Shown here: piece by piece, positions 21,901-34,800 of the stretch
Layout: each line of letters opens with the position of its first letter
How positions within the stretch are numbered: the first letter of the stretch is position 1
DNA from: Klebsormidium nitens
Lineage: Eukaryota > Plantae > Klebsormidiophyceae
Direction of reading: 5' to 3'
NCBI GenBank assembly: GCA_000708835.1
Contig: DF237448.1
Location: 1 to 64,000 of the forward strand
DNA: 64,000 bases
Made by a program: the position numbers and the translations under genes
Notes under the pieces: generated by a model
Told to the model about the DNA's origin: nothing
Databases searched by the model: none
What the model saw: only the letters and a program-made list of their open reading frames with translations

Positions 21901-24900
21901 AGAAGAGAGTCTCTTTGTCGGCGCTGGGCACTTTCGTAAACGCTTTCCCAAGAATTGTTGCTTCCGGAGCACTGACAAGACAGATATCCGCAGAAGTAAA
22001 AACGTACCGTTCCCATCTGCGAGCCAGCAAGTGTTCGGAAACGAGAACTGCCTTCAAAAATTTGGCCCAAATCTCCTCCAGGCTCCACTTCTAGCTTACC
22101 ATGCAGTCGTCTGAAGAGGCTCTGGTTGACCATAAGCGGATACACCAGGGCGCGCTCCCCTTTGTCCGCGCAGTAGCCAATGAACTCCAGCAAGTTGGGG
22201 TGCTTCAGTCGGCTCATCATGTCAACTTCGACGCGGAACTGCTTCTCTCCCTGCAAATACGTTACCACACACGTTAGTTTTCGGGCCCATAAGTACGGCT
22301 GGTTAGAAAGCGGTTGTAAGTCCGACAACCAGACTTGAGCGGATCCCAACTCCGCAACAAGGTTACAGCCCCTGATTGAGCCGGCACATCCATTCCACCT
22401 CAAAGTCTCTCCTTGGAAGTCAACGAGTGGGGTGATCGATAACCGAGTAGAGTGATCCAGTATCCAGTATTTGAATAGATTGATTAGTAACCGAGCAGAG
22501 TCATCAGTTGACGAGTAGGGATAAGTCAACAAGTAGAACCATATACTTAAAGGAGCGAAGTGAATTAATCAACGAGTAGAGTGGTTAGCTGACGAGCTGA
22601 GTGATCAGTGCTCGCAGGATGGCTGCGAAGAGTCGCCACGAAAGGAAGTAAGTTCCAAGACCGACGGACCAAAAGTTGGGCTGACTTACGTGCTTGCCTG
22701 GCAGTGCCGTCACCTTCTCAAGCCGCTTGATCGCGACCTCGCGGTTATCCAGAACCCCGTAGTAAACCCGGCCAAACCCGCCCTCCCCGACCAGCAGCGT
22801 GGGGCTGAAGTTCTGCGTCGCGTTTTGGAGCGCTGTGAACGTGAAAAGCAACGGCACATGCCCGCTTAACCCCTCCAGGTTAAACCCTCTAGGGGTTTGA
22901 GTAGTATCTGAAGGCGTCCGAAGCTGTGGATTTTCACACTGTTCGGACGAAGAGTCCGAATATGCGGCGAGCTGCGCGTTGCGCTTCAGAGTGTCGCCGA
23001 TCGTGCCGCGCTGCCATTTCTTGTTTTCCAGATCGATGGCTATGTGTAACGGTTTCGCCTCCTGGTTTCCGAAACTCTCCGAGCTCGTCTGAGAGGGGGT
23101 CCCCGCCATGGGCTGATAGCCGGCCCCCCCTTTCTCGAGATTGGAGCCTGCAGACAACATGTGAATTAATACAGTTATTGCAGAACGCAGGAATCGGAAA
23201 AGGGACAACTCAAGACGAAGTATGCACTGAACGACTCTTGAAGGAGTCGAAGTAGTTGTACAATGAACTTGGAATTAGTAAAGTCAAGTGGAGACATAAG
23301 GTTGGACTGAGGATCTGGTTTCGAAGCAAGCTGCTCGCAAGAAGTCGCACTCTGGCGTCGAATCTTCTGAGGTGGACGTCTTGCCATGGTAGTGGAAGAG
23401 AGTGAGGATGACTTAACCATGCATCAAAAACTGGATGAACTCAAGGGAGATGGTTTCTAAATAGCCAAGATTACAATCAGCCCGGATTGACACCAAAAAA
23501 CCCTAATACAGATTATTTCTTGCTCCACGCGCGCACCCACCCTTAACCCCCAAACCGAACCTACCCGTCTTAGTGCGCGCGAATACCTTGTTATTACGTT
23601 AGCTTGCTCTCAATGTACTTGATATGGATCAAAAGTGGCACGCCAATTTCAAGGAAGACAACTGTTTTCTAACGCTTTGACGTTTCCATGGATGTTCAAG
23701 CTAATTAATACACGCATTTTGAAGTCGGGACAATGGCCGTGTTACGTGAGGGACAACTTACCAATGAACGGACCTGACCCGGAGGGGGATGACTTATTAG
23801 GATCGCTTAGCATCAACTGGGCGCTCTTCCTGCCCTTCTTCAGGTACCGGTGCCTCAGATAAACAACCAGGCAAACTGTCTTGGCCAGCATGCCAAAAGC
23901 GAGGCACACGCAGATGGTGATGATTGTGTCGGTCTTGCTCCAGTGAAAGCCGCGCCCTGCGCGCGAGGAAAAAGCATCGCGTGTCTGGAACTAAGATTAT
24001 GTGCAGGAGTATCGTAGTAATGAAATGGTTCAAGGTATGATAAGTTCGCCAGCCTGAGGCGGCAGGGGTAGTTTGGGGGTTAGCGTGGGTAAGGGTGCAG
24101 AGGGGGTGATTCATTGGGTTAGGTTACTGGTGTTAGAAAGAGCTTATTAGTCCTGGCTCTCATTTTTCCAGAATAAGTCCGTCGTTAATGATACATAAGT
24201 TCAACCGTCAAGCAGACTTCAAAGCCAAGCATCCCTGACAAATGTCAGCCAGACTTAGAAGTCAAGCGTCAAGCGTCAAACAGGCTTAGAGGATAACAAC
24301 CTTGTCGGTCTTGCCCCATTCGTAAAAGCTGCTTTTGCCCAAATCAAAGAATCGCCACGTGTCAAGAGATTGGACGCTCCAGTGGCAGTCACATCATGAT
24401 GGGATGGACTTGAAAGTTGAGCCTCCTATCGTGGCTGTAAATCTTAGTTTAAATCCAATGCAGGTTGCAAGGTATGCCCATGCCAAGATCATGCGTGTGC
24501 AACTTTTAATGAAGGCATGAAAGGAGACAAGTTCAAATGACGGCTGCCGGCAGAGCGATAGGCTGGAACAGAAGCACGCCACTTGCTGCCTACAAACTGA
24601 CCTCCTTCAAAACAGACCTATGTAAGTCAACAGCGCATGTCAGTACTGACAGAAGGAACTTGAGAGGCCTTCACTGAACACTTCAAGCACAACAGATAAA
24701 GGCAGTCTTTCACCTTGAAAATTCACGACTAGTTGCCAAGCGAAGTCAGAGTACATTCACTTCCACCTTGAAATCTCACAAGTCAGCTAGCAGGTTACAT
24801 TCACTTCTCCTTCCGCTTGCCAGGACCTTCGGACCCTTACCACAATTGCAAGTGATGTCAGCAGCGGTGTCGCCGCAGCGGGTTTTGCCCGCTTTTCCAT

Positions 24901-25039
24901 TGGTGCAGGTGCAAGGGGCGTCAGCAAGGCACGTGCCGTTTGTGGCCAGCTGCTGAGAGCTGTTGTCTTGTGAGGCAGTCAGCTCAGCATAGCAGCTCAA
25001 CACCAGTAGAAGCACCACCAAAACTCCTTTGCCTCTCAT
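18990..25039 (-). CDS. Receptor-like kinase (RLK/Pelle): signal peptide, short Cys-rich ectodomain, TM helix, juxtamembrane region, kinase. Exons 25039-about 24790, 23956-23762, 23147-22690, 22250-22100, 21456-21342, 20942-20799, 20289-20109, 19520-19398, 19148-18990.
   Basis: Signal [48 protein letters not shown] followed by RHRYLKK. Pelle-type motifs [109 protein letters not shown]. All junctions from the TM exon onward are phase-consistent GT-AG. The first intron is uncertain. Confidence 0.9.
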
Positions 25040-28000
25040 TGTAGCTTCGGCGCAAGCTGCGTTCTTCGTGAAATATTGCCTTTAGGGCCCCTGAGCCTAA
25101 TAGGGCTTCTCCTTCGTCCAAGGAAGCCCTTCAAAGTCCCTCTAAGAACAGATATTGTGGCGTCACCCGATGGATGCAACACCGCCTCAAATGTGACACA
25201 TCTTCACCAGGTTCTCGAAGGGAAAGCAGAAGACACGGACCTTGCGAGTGTTGGAGGAGACTAAGGCGATGCCGCATGTACGGTATGTACTACCTATGTA
25301 GCTCCTGTCAAGCAGAATCTTTGGTCATGGCATTTGATTTGACGACTTAGCAGCTTGCTCATGCAACCCTGCTCGACCCTTCAGGCTTCAGTCTGCATTT
25401 TGCCTCCTTTACCTCTGGTAAATAGGTAGTACCTACATTTGGTTAGCCAGCTCGCAACGCCAGCGAAAAGTGCGCCGCAGGCATCGCACACTGCTAGCTA
25501 ACTAGTGATATCCCCAGTTTGCAAACAGCACGAGATACCTAGGTAGCTACTAGCAGAGCAGTCAGGACCCCTGGCCCCGGGCCGGGGAATGCATGCACGG
25601 TGTGACTGCAGCAAGGCACCGGCCAGCCAAAGCGCACCCGGTAGAAGAACACGGTCCTGCGAGATATTAGCTGTGAATATCCCCAATGATGTCACAATTG
25701 ACAAGTCTCATCATTGCGTCTCTCGGATTAAAATCTGGCCTGGACCGGCACGGACAATTCGCTGCTCGCACCAGGACTTTTTTCCGAAAATTGATTTCCA
25801 TGTTACAAACCCGGGTTAGGCATAGGTAAGTGCATAGTGTGTTCTGAATCCTGATCACCTTCCTATTGCACTGGATTAAAGTGTAAAACAATGTCCTATT
25901 GAAGACAATCGCACCTATTTCTGGTGCGATAGGGCCCCCATCACGGTAGTCCAGTGTCGCCAGCTTCCGATCCCGGAGTCCCGCGCCCGCGGTATTTTAG
26001 CCTCAGAGGAATGATTGCCCGGTGCGAGTCACCGCCCGCACTTTTCCGCTAAAACTGGGGTGGGGATGCCGGCCCCCCAAGCCCCACCGCTCCTTCCTCT
26101 TGCGGTCTTTACACTTGCGGTGGAGTGCTGCACTGGAATGTAACTGAAATCAGAGCACTGTGTGCACTTCCGAGTCCACGGGGCCCCGCGGCAACGGCAG
26201 CCGGGCAGCCTTTTATGCATATCAGAATACGCGCGGTCCCGCGCGCGCCTGACCATACTCTCAAATAGCGGCCGCGCTATGGACGGGGGGTTTCATGCCT
26301 AAACCTCGCAATTATTATTAGGGGTTTGCATGGGCCCCCACACGCAGCTAGAAACTTCTGCATGAATGATGAATCATTTTGGAGCAGCTTCCAAGTTCCA
26401 AGCTCGAAGGAGCTGAGCAATGCATGCCGCGGTGCGTACAATTGCGGCAGACTCTAGCTCTTGTCTCCTAGAGAGAGGGCCCAGGGGGACCACTTTTGGT
26501 TCACCCACGACTTGAAGCTTTGCCCCCGAAAGAGAGCCCACTTCATGGCGTCAAAATCCAGCATCAATAATTGGTGGAAAGAGTTGCTAGCACTAGAGAA
26601 GGAAAGAGGAGGACCACAAGACCAGGGCTTCTGGGCTTGCATGCTGTAAGAAGCACCTGAAGTGAGCTTTCAAGTCCTTCTTATCAATTATTACTTAGCA
26701 TTTTGGCATGTGTCTGCGTTGAATATGTTGATGAAAAGTTTGTGCTCATTGTCAGTACCCTGCTTCACAGCTCGCTGAGGATCGTCAAATTGCCCGTTTG
26801 CGACAAGTTCTGGGAAGGGGTCCAGAAGAAGTACGAGCATATGTTTCACCTGATCATATGTTGCATAAGTTGTCTAAACTCTTTGGAGCTGTCCCTGTTA
26901 CAACTCTGACTACTCAAACGAGCAAAGAATGGCAGAGCGCCCAGAAAAGCTGTGTGTTGTTGGTCTTGGGGGCATGCGGCGAAATTGCTTTGTGCTTATC
27001 TTGGGATTGTCACATTTTGTTATCCCAGCAAATAGGTGGGGACATACGATGCGCTATGTTGACCAGCTCTCAGACGGTACAAATCTTTCACATGGTCGTC
27101 ATATTTTTCAACTTCAGATGAACGTTTGTTATGTGTATGTTCCGTGGTCGTAGGCCCTTTGAGAGATTGCTTTTAGAAGTATGATGCTGCCAAGGCAGAG
27201 TGACAGAACTTTCTTCCAGCAGCAATCTGCATGCCACTCAGGATCTAAAATTTAGTATCTCAGAAGCACGAGGTGCTTCTGTTGTTAACTGGTCCTTGCT
27301 CTCTGAATGGTAGCATAGCTTATATGCAACAGCTGGATGCAACGGCTCTTTCTAGCATTTCTCATACCCGGATCGATTTGTTGAAAATCACCTGTACTAG
27401 GTCCAGATATAGGGCATTTTAAGCTAGACTCTGTCGGAGTTACTGCAGTGCACCCTGCAAGTGTAAGGCATAACGGTGGAAGTATCAAAACCAACCGGAA
27501 GTTAAGGTAGTTTGGGGCAGCATCCAATGCTTCATGGGTTCTAAACATGTTCTATACCTTGTATTGTTGAAAGCTCTTGGTGTAGCTTTGGGCTGTAATA
27601 AGGTTAGCGGCAAGAGTTTGTAGATCTCAAGATGATAGACTTTCTCGTCCATCTCATCGGCTGCAAACAGCTGAAACTCAAGCCACCTGTCGTGTGCTAC
27701 AGGTGAAAAGCGGGAGCCCCGATCAATGCAACCAAGGCGCACAGTGCCCATAATCACAGTCGGACAGCTGCATAAGTACCCTTGCCATAACCAGTTCTCC
27801 CTAGAATCATATTAGAACGGCAATGACCGGAGTGTTCTTCGTCTCCAATAGCAACCCTTTTTAGAGTGCGGTTTCCACGTAGCCAGCCCACATTACGCCC
27901 CATCAATTGGAGCACTTTAACACCGTCAGGTCCATAGCTGCTCTGGTGTGAAACAGACCCCTTTTACGCTAGAACCTTGGACAGAAGGCTCCCCTGGGTT

Positions 28001-28864
28001 GCCCTCAACCGGGGCGCATTCACACCCACGGGCACCGTGGAGAGGTCGGTGCGAATCGGCCCTAGGCCGCACTCCCCCCTGCGGAAGCGAGGTGTGAAAG
28101 AGGGGGGTAGCCCCAGCAGGAAATTTGCCACCAAGCGATCCCCCAAGAAAGTGAAGAAGGACAAACCGAAGATGTCAAGTTTCCAGCGGTTGGACCTGGC
28201 GCCGCTCTCTCCTGAGAGACCCTTCCAGAGGCCAGGTTGGGATTGTTCTTCGCTGTCTCTTGCTGGCTTTGTGTGTGGCCATAGCTTCAGGAAACCGTTT
28301 TTGAGGAAGTCCTGACGTATCCCCTTTTGTATCCCCTTTCCGTTTTCAGTGCTTTGGATGCGATTGTCACCCTCAAATGCTTGTGTCCTTTTTTTGGATG
28401 TTCCGCGTCCCCTCAGCCTGGAGCGTATCTCGTAGAGTTGGTCCTGAAGAGCCGTCAGTGGTTGAAAAACGTGTTGGGGGATACACCGCTGGTTGTTTAA
28501 ACCCAACCTCTCGCGAAGTAAAGTGTTTGGTCCAAACTGAATCTCTCAAGAAGCAGATTGTTCTGTCCATATTTCATGTATTACAAAGATCAATAAAGCG
28601 CAACCCACTGTCAGCATAATGCTATCTGGTGTGATCATATTCCCTGATTAAGGTGTTTTAAACTGTTGTTGCTCTGCCAATGTCTTAGGGTCTGTGCCTT
28701 GCTTGCCAGTCCGAAAGTCGCGTGTTCCTTGCTTCCTTCTTTGTAAGCTTGAACCACTCGACTTTCTGTTCCTTCAGTCCATAATTATAAACGTGATCTC
28801 TTTGTGTTCAAATAATCCTCCATTGTTTGAAATTGATTGCTTCAATTCTGTTCTCTTTACAGTG

Positions 28865-31800
28865 ATGTCGCGCGACGAACCGCAATCGGCGCCGTCTGAT
28901 CTGGCGATGCTGGACGGTCAGTTGCATCTGGAGGGATGGGGACCGGTCCACGTGGCGCTGACGGATGATGCCATCATCTGGGAGCGGGACAAGCGGGGCA
29001 AGAGCAGCAAGAAGGTGCGCGATCGGTGGAGGTTGATTCGTATTATTTCTGGTTTATTGGTTCCGATTAGATAGTCACAGTGAGCAAGCTCTCATTTCGC
29101 ACAAAAAGGTGCGCGATTAGGGGAGCTCGAATTGCATTTATTCTAGGTTATCGGTTCAGGTTAGATAGTCTCAGCTAGCAAGCTTCCTTCTGAAACAAGA
29201 GTGTGAGCGATCCTCGGAGCTTGTAGCGGAATTGGTCAACTGTTTTGAAAGTACTGCAAGGATGCAATCAGGGTCCCTAAGTCCAAGCTTGTGACTTCTC
29301 CAACCTGTGATGGCCCAGGCTTCACAAAATACCCTATTAGCTAAACTCAGACTCAGGTAGTACAATCTGTGAGAGCCCATTTCTCTTTCAGGGTTTTGGC
29401 TTGTCGTTGTTGGATTGCTTCCGAAAGGTGTATGGTGCACAACCAGCAGTGCCTGCCGCCGGGGAATGTGCATGCCTTCGAGCCGAAGCTTCGATTTTGC
29501 CATGTATACCGTAGTCCAACGTGATGCTTCCGAATAAAGAAATAATTACCTGCGTTCGGAAAGTCAGAAATCCGGATTTCCCATTCCGAAAGTGGAATTT
29601 CGGAAAGGTAAAATATCCTTGAAATGGTCCTCGGAAGCCGTAAAACTGCCAAAAACAGCCAAAAACTCCCCTTTAAAGTGAGATCATAGGGCATTCGGAT
29701 TGTTGCTGGAATCAACATAGAGAACTTCCACTTTCCTGGTCGGATTGTCGGGAGATAAGTTGAAATAGATTGGTTCGGAATCATTACGTTGGACTACGGT
29801 ACATCCTCTTTCTCTCCTGAGGCTCGAAGTCTGGACCAATTTGCATCCCGTCTTTCCTCACGTGTCTTTTCAGCTTCTTTAACGTCTCTTTTTCAGAGCT
29901 CCGGCATGTCGTTGAAGTGCTCCCGAAGTCGGAGCCTTCCTGCGGCCAGAAGAGCCTGCCGCTGGCCAACGTGTTTGCCGTTGAGCTGAAAGCTTAAATT
30001 TTGCCCTGTATTCTTTTGCCGGTGTTCAGAATGTAAAATGATACTGCATCTTGTATTCAAAACCTCCCTTTCTTCATCTTCCCATAACATTTCATTTGAG
30101 GGTTCCGGCGTGTCGTTGACTGCTTTCCAAAGTCAGAACACTGCCGCTCAGCACCGTTTTTGTTGCTGAGCCCGAAAGCTTGACTTTGCCCAACATACAC
30201 TGCTGCGTTTCTGAAACCTGGACAAATGCTGCGTCTCATCTTTTCACACGGTTTCTTGCGCTATCTAAACGTCTCTTTCTCAGGGCCCCGGCGTGTCGTT
30301 GAACTGCTTCCCGAAGTCGGAGCGATCGCGTGGTCAGAAGAGCCTGCCGCTGAACAACGTGTTTGCCGTTGAGATTGCGGGGCCCGGCTCGATCGCCGCG
30401 CACTCGCGGCTGACCGGGAAGGTGGACAAGATCTGCGGACTGGCGCCGCAATTGAACAGGTAATGTTTCATTTGTTGAGTTCAACTAAATCTGGGCTTTC
30501 AGAATCTGCTGTTTGATTCTTCATAATCTATCTCGAGATCGATTCGGAGTTCAGCGTGACAGGGATCCTTCGACAGCTCTTTGCTGAAGTGCCTCCGGCT
30601 TATGGGGCATTTTCCGAGGTCACGCATGTGACAGACAGACTGGCTCATAAGATTCATGGCCATCTTGGTCAGTTACGCTCAGGTTCGATTGGCGCACGTG
30701 CGTACACCGGAGCCGATCTTATGGAAGCTTTTCAAGAAATCAATCAGGAATTGTTTTAGTTTGCGTTTCTGTGACAAAGTTGTAGAACTTGCAGCGTCAG
30801 CCGACCAACAGCAAAATATCGGCCCGTTTTGTTTGCCGGTCACTGTGTAACCACCTCAAAATTGGAGGATCTTGGCGCTTTCTAAGTAGGTAAGCACTAC
30901 AAAAAGCAAGAGCAAATCAAAGCACTCACAAGTAAGATCAAAGCATCACTCGCCCCGCACCCATACCCACCCATCTTGAAACCCCTTGGTGACGTCCTTT
31001 CAACGTCATTTTTCGTTGGCCTTGCTAGTCACAATTCTGAGAAAAGTCGTTTGACGATTATACTTTTTTCCCGACGCGAATGTTCGTTCCTCGAAATGTT
31101 CGTTCCTCGATTTTGTGCGACAGATCGGACGATGGAGGACAGGTCCGTCTGAGAGCCGCGGCAGATGCCGACCCGTTTCCAGGCCAGTCAGTATGTAACC
31201 AGATCAGATTGTAAGAGATCTGACTTATAGATGCGGTTCGGTTGTTTTCCTCGCGCAGCTTCATAGTGCACACGAACCGAATATTCAAGGACAGCTCCGT
31301 CTGGAAGCGGCCACCTGCGTGGCGCTACCCTTCACGTATTTGAGAGCCACCCTCATGAGAGTTCCTTTCGAAACGAGTTCTAATGCGACTCATGTTTTTT
31401 TTTCTGTTGCCGCGCACAGGTTTATTGTGCACACGTTCCGAAAGATGAAGGACAGCTCCGTCTGGGAGCCGCGGCAGCGGGTTTTCGGCCATGCCGAGGT
31501 GGAGGTCTGCAACGCGTGGGTGACTAAGATCCAGGCGGCTCTCAGCGCGGACGTCAAACGGCCCAAGTCTTTGCTGGTTAGTGCTAACCACTACTGAATC
31601 GTAGTCTGCATTTGTTGACTTAAGGGCAGGGCACGTTGCAAATTTTAGTATTTGACGAGCATTCAACGAAGTTCTGGAAGTGACCAGAACCCAAGCGGCT
31701 CTCAGGGCGGACGTCAAACGGCCCAAGTCTTTGCTGGGAAGCGTCGATAGATTTGCATCTCCACATCCAATGTATTGCACGGACTGATTCTGGAGGACTG

Positions 31801-34800
31801 TGACAATCTTGATAGGGGTGACTGCGGATCGGAAACGGGCTAACTCTTTGCTTAGCAACTCAAACTATTTCTGACGGATCTGGGGGTTTTCTAAAATCTC
31901 GCAGTTTTACCTTCTTTTAACTGTGCTGAGTGACCCTAGTCGCAGTTCCAAGCGTGGTTCGCGATTGTACCTGATCAACAAATGGGGTCACTTTATCTGA
32001 TTATGGTAAATCAACCTTTTCAGGTTCTGGTCAACCTGCACAGTGGCATCTGCCAGACTGTTGAAAGCTAAGAGCGCATGCCCCCGCTTTAAGCTTTTGC
32101 TGAGGTGTTTGCGAAGTTTTGACTGCTTATTCCTCGTTTGATGTTTTATATCATAATATTTACTCTCTGTCTCCCAGGTTTTGGTCAACCCCTACGATTG
32201 GGAGCCTCAGACGTGGAGACGCATTGCCTCGGTCTTCACTCTTGCGAGCACCCAATGTCATCACAATCGGTTTAGTGTCTGCCACTTTGATTGTGTAACT
32301 TCAGATGCCCACATTCTAACCCAAATACGTTATCTTTTCCAGGTTTTGGTCAACCCCTTTGGCGGCAAGCGCCAGGCCGTTCAAACCTGGGAGCGCATTG
32401 CCCCGTTGTTTGCTCTCGCGGGCGCGAAATGCGAAGTCGTCAAGACCAAGTCCGTCGGGCACGCGTTCAATTTGATGGACCAAGCGTCAGATGGCGAGCT
32501 CCAATCATGGGACGGAATCGTTGTGGTTGGGGGAGACGGTTTGTTTAACGAGGTTCTTAACGGGTTGCTCATCGGGCGGCACTGCGCGCCCCCGCCCGTC
32601 GTGCCGCAACGGAGCGTTTCGGCGGAGGAAGGGGGGGAGGCCAAGAGTGCAGCAGAGCAGGTAAGCTGCCCCCCAGTAAAATTCGAATCTGAGTTTCGGC
32701 TTCTGAACGAGTATTCCTGCAACCATTTGTCTTCTTCAGTTCGTGCCTTGACAGGTTGTGTTGGTGTGGGAGTAGGGGCAAAGCAGGAAAGTGTTGCGCT
32801 CCTACTTTCCTGCTGGTCTCATCTGACAGGGTCCCTTGCCATCGTTGTGTACGAGAATAAAAGTCCACAGATCGCCAGCTGAAGGTACGACGGTGTTCCA
32901 AGGCGATTCAGCCAATTCTGACGCGAATCTCTCTTCTCCGGAGAACCCTAGAAACATAACAGGTCGAAAGCCGAAAACACGTGAATTGTGAAGTTGCAGG
33001 GCACGAAGGAGAGCGGCTTCCAGCAGCTCCGCCGCACCACCTCCGGCATATTCCCGGAGTCATCCACTGAAGGCTACTTTCTTACTTCTGAAGCGTTCTT
33101 CTCTTCCTATGGAAAAAACACTGAAAACTTGCCAGGGCTTTAAGCCCTAAAATTGCAGGGCACCAAGAAGAGCGGCTACCAGCAGCTCCGCCCCACCACC
33201 TCCGGCATTCCCCCGGTAGTATTCACCGAGACACAGTTCTTGATCTTTTGAGACATCTTGAAAAGCACGAAAGTCTTGAGATCTTGAGACTCTCGACCGC
33301 AGGGGACCAAGAAGAGCGGCTACCAGCAGGTCCGCCTCTCCACATCCTACATATCCCCCCTAGTATCGACTGATGCACAGTTTCGTCCAATACTACACAA
33401 TTTTCTTCTAAGAAACTGCAAAAACCTCAAATATCAAAAGTTTGAAATTGCAGGGATTCAAATGTTTGAAATTGCAAGGAACCAAGAAAAGCGGCTACCA
33501 GCAGCTCCGCCCCACAACTTTCAGCAATTTCTCGGTAGTAGCCACCAAGGCACAGTTTCTCCCATTTTCAAGGCAATAATCGTATTTCCAACGCAATATT
33601 TGGCTTTTGAGATTGCAAAACTTCTGAATTCTACAGATCTGTAAATGCAGGGCACCAAAAAGAGCGGCTACCAGCAGCTCCGTCCCACCACCCCCGGCCT
33701 TCCCCCGGTAGTATCCATCGAGACACAATCCTTGGTCTTTCGGGAAATCTCGAAAGTACAAAACTCTTGCAAAATGCTGAAACTTTGAACGCGCAGGGTA
33801 CCAAGAAGAGTGGCTACCAGCAGCTCCGCCCCACCACCTCCGGCGTTCCTCCGGTAGTATCCACCGAGGCAACCCCCGACCCCGTTCCCGGCCCAAACCG
33901 CCCTGAAGTGCACCGCTCCTCGAGTCACGTCCGGCATGGGCACCGTCGTGCCAACTCGTCGGGGGTTGTTATCCCGACCAGTTTCGACGCCGAGGATCCG
34001 CTTCTTGCGCCCGGGATGCTGAGCCTGGCGTCTGTGACTGTGGATAAGAATCGGTGAGTAGTGGGCTTCAATGTCCAGATGCTTGTACGCTCAGCTTGAT
34101 TGATTCCAGGCGTAGCAATCAGCTCTAGACTCTCCAGTCCGAAGATACGAGTACGGTATTGGGATACGAGATTCTGCAGGAAGGGAAGAAGCTTCGTTTA
34201 CTACTACCTCGAAAGTGTTGCTTATTCCAGTTGTCTTTGGAGTCGTCCAAAGAGTAAAACTCATGATCCATAGCTGTTGCGACTCACGAGCTGTCCGTCT
34301 TTTGACTATCAGGGCCGTCGTCTCGGTCACCGCAACCATTGGCATCCGCAACCCCGACGCCCAGTCTGCCGGCGGCGAGGCCTTCTCCGACGCATCTCCC
34401 GCCACCGCTTCCGCTACCGCAACCGTAACCGCTGAAGTTCTCGACTACGAAATGCAAGCTTCCACTCCGGACGGTAAAGCTGGTGATGGCGGCAAGGATA
34501 AGGCCAGGGTTAGCATTGACGGCCCGGTTACGTCTAACCTCCTCGGAACCCTCCCCCCCGACCACCCCGCCGCGGCCGCGGCCATTGCGGCGGCGGCGCG
34601 AGCGGCCGAGGCCGCCGCGATCGCCGCGGCCCGTTCGCGTGCTTCGTCGCCGTTCTCGCCAGCGGTTACGTCGTATGGTGTTAACCCGGAACCGCTAACC
34701 CTCCCGGCGGCGCTAACCCCGGTCCAAACCCAAACGGAAACCCTGGAGGCGCCAAAGGAGCCGGTTCCGCCGCCGAGCCTCAACACACCGGTTGGGATTG

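Noticed and set aside
23498-23506. Telo-box AAACCCTAA
   Set aside because: It lies inside an RLK intron rather than a promoter, and a single 9-mer is compatible with chance.
26450-27760. ORF fragments that might be a transposase remnant
   Set aside because: No DDE, zinc-finger or RT motif could be identified, and there are no flanking TIRs or LTRs.
28410-28510. Possible additional CERK 5' exon (cctcag|cctggagc...cgcgaa|gtaaag)
   Set aside because: Its donor phase would place a TGA stop at the start of the next exon, so it is not included in the coding model.
32985-33800. Regularly spaced repeats resembling a CRISPR array (also 36260-36900 and 63140-63900)
   Set aside because: The repeats are degenerate copies of exon ends of variable length in a spliced eukaryotic gene. 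There are no constant palindromic direct repeats with unique spacers and no cas genes.
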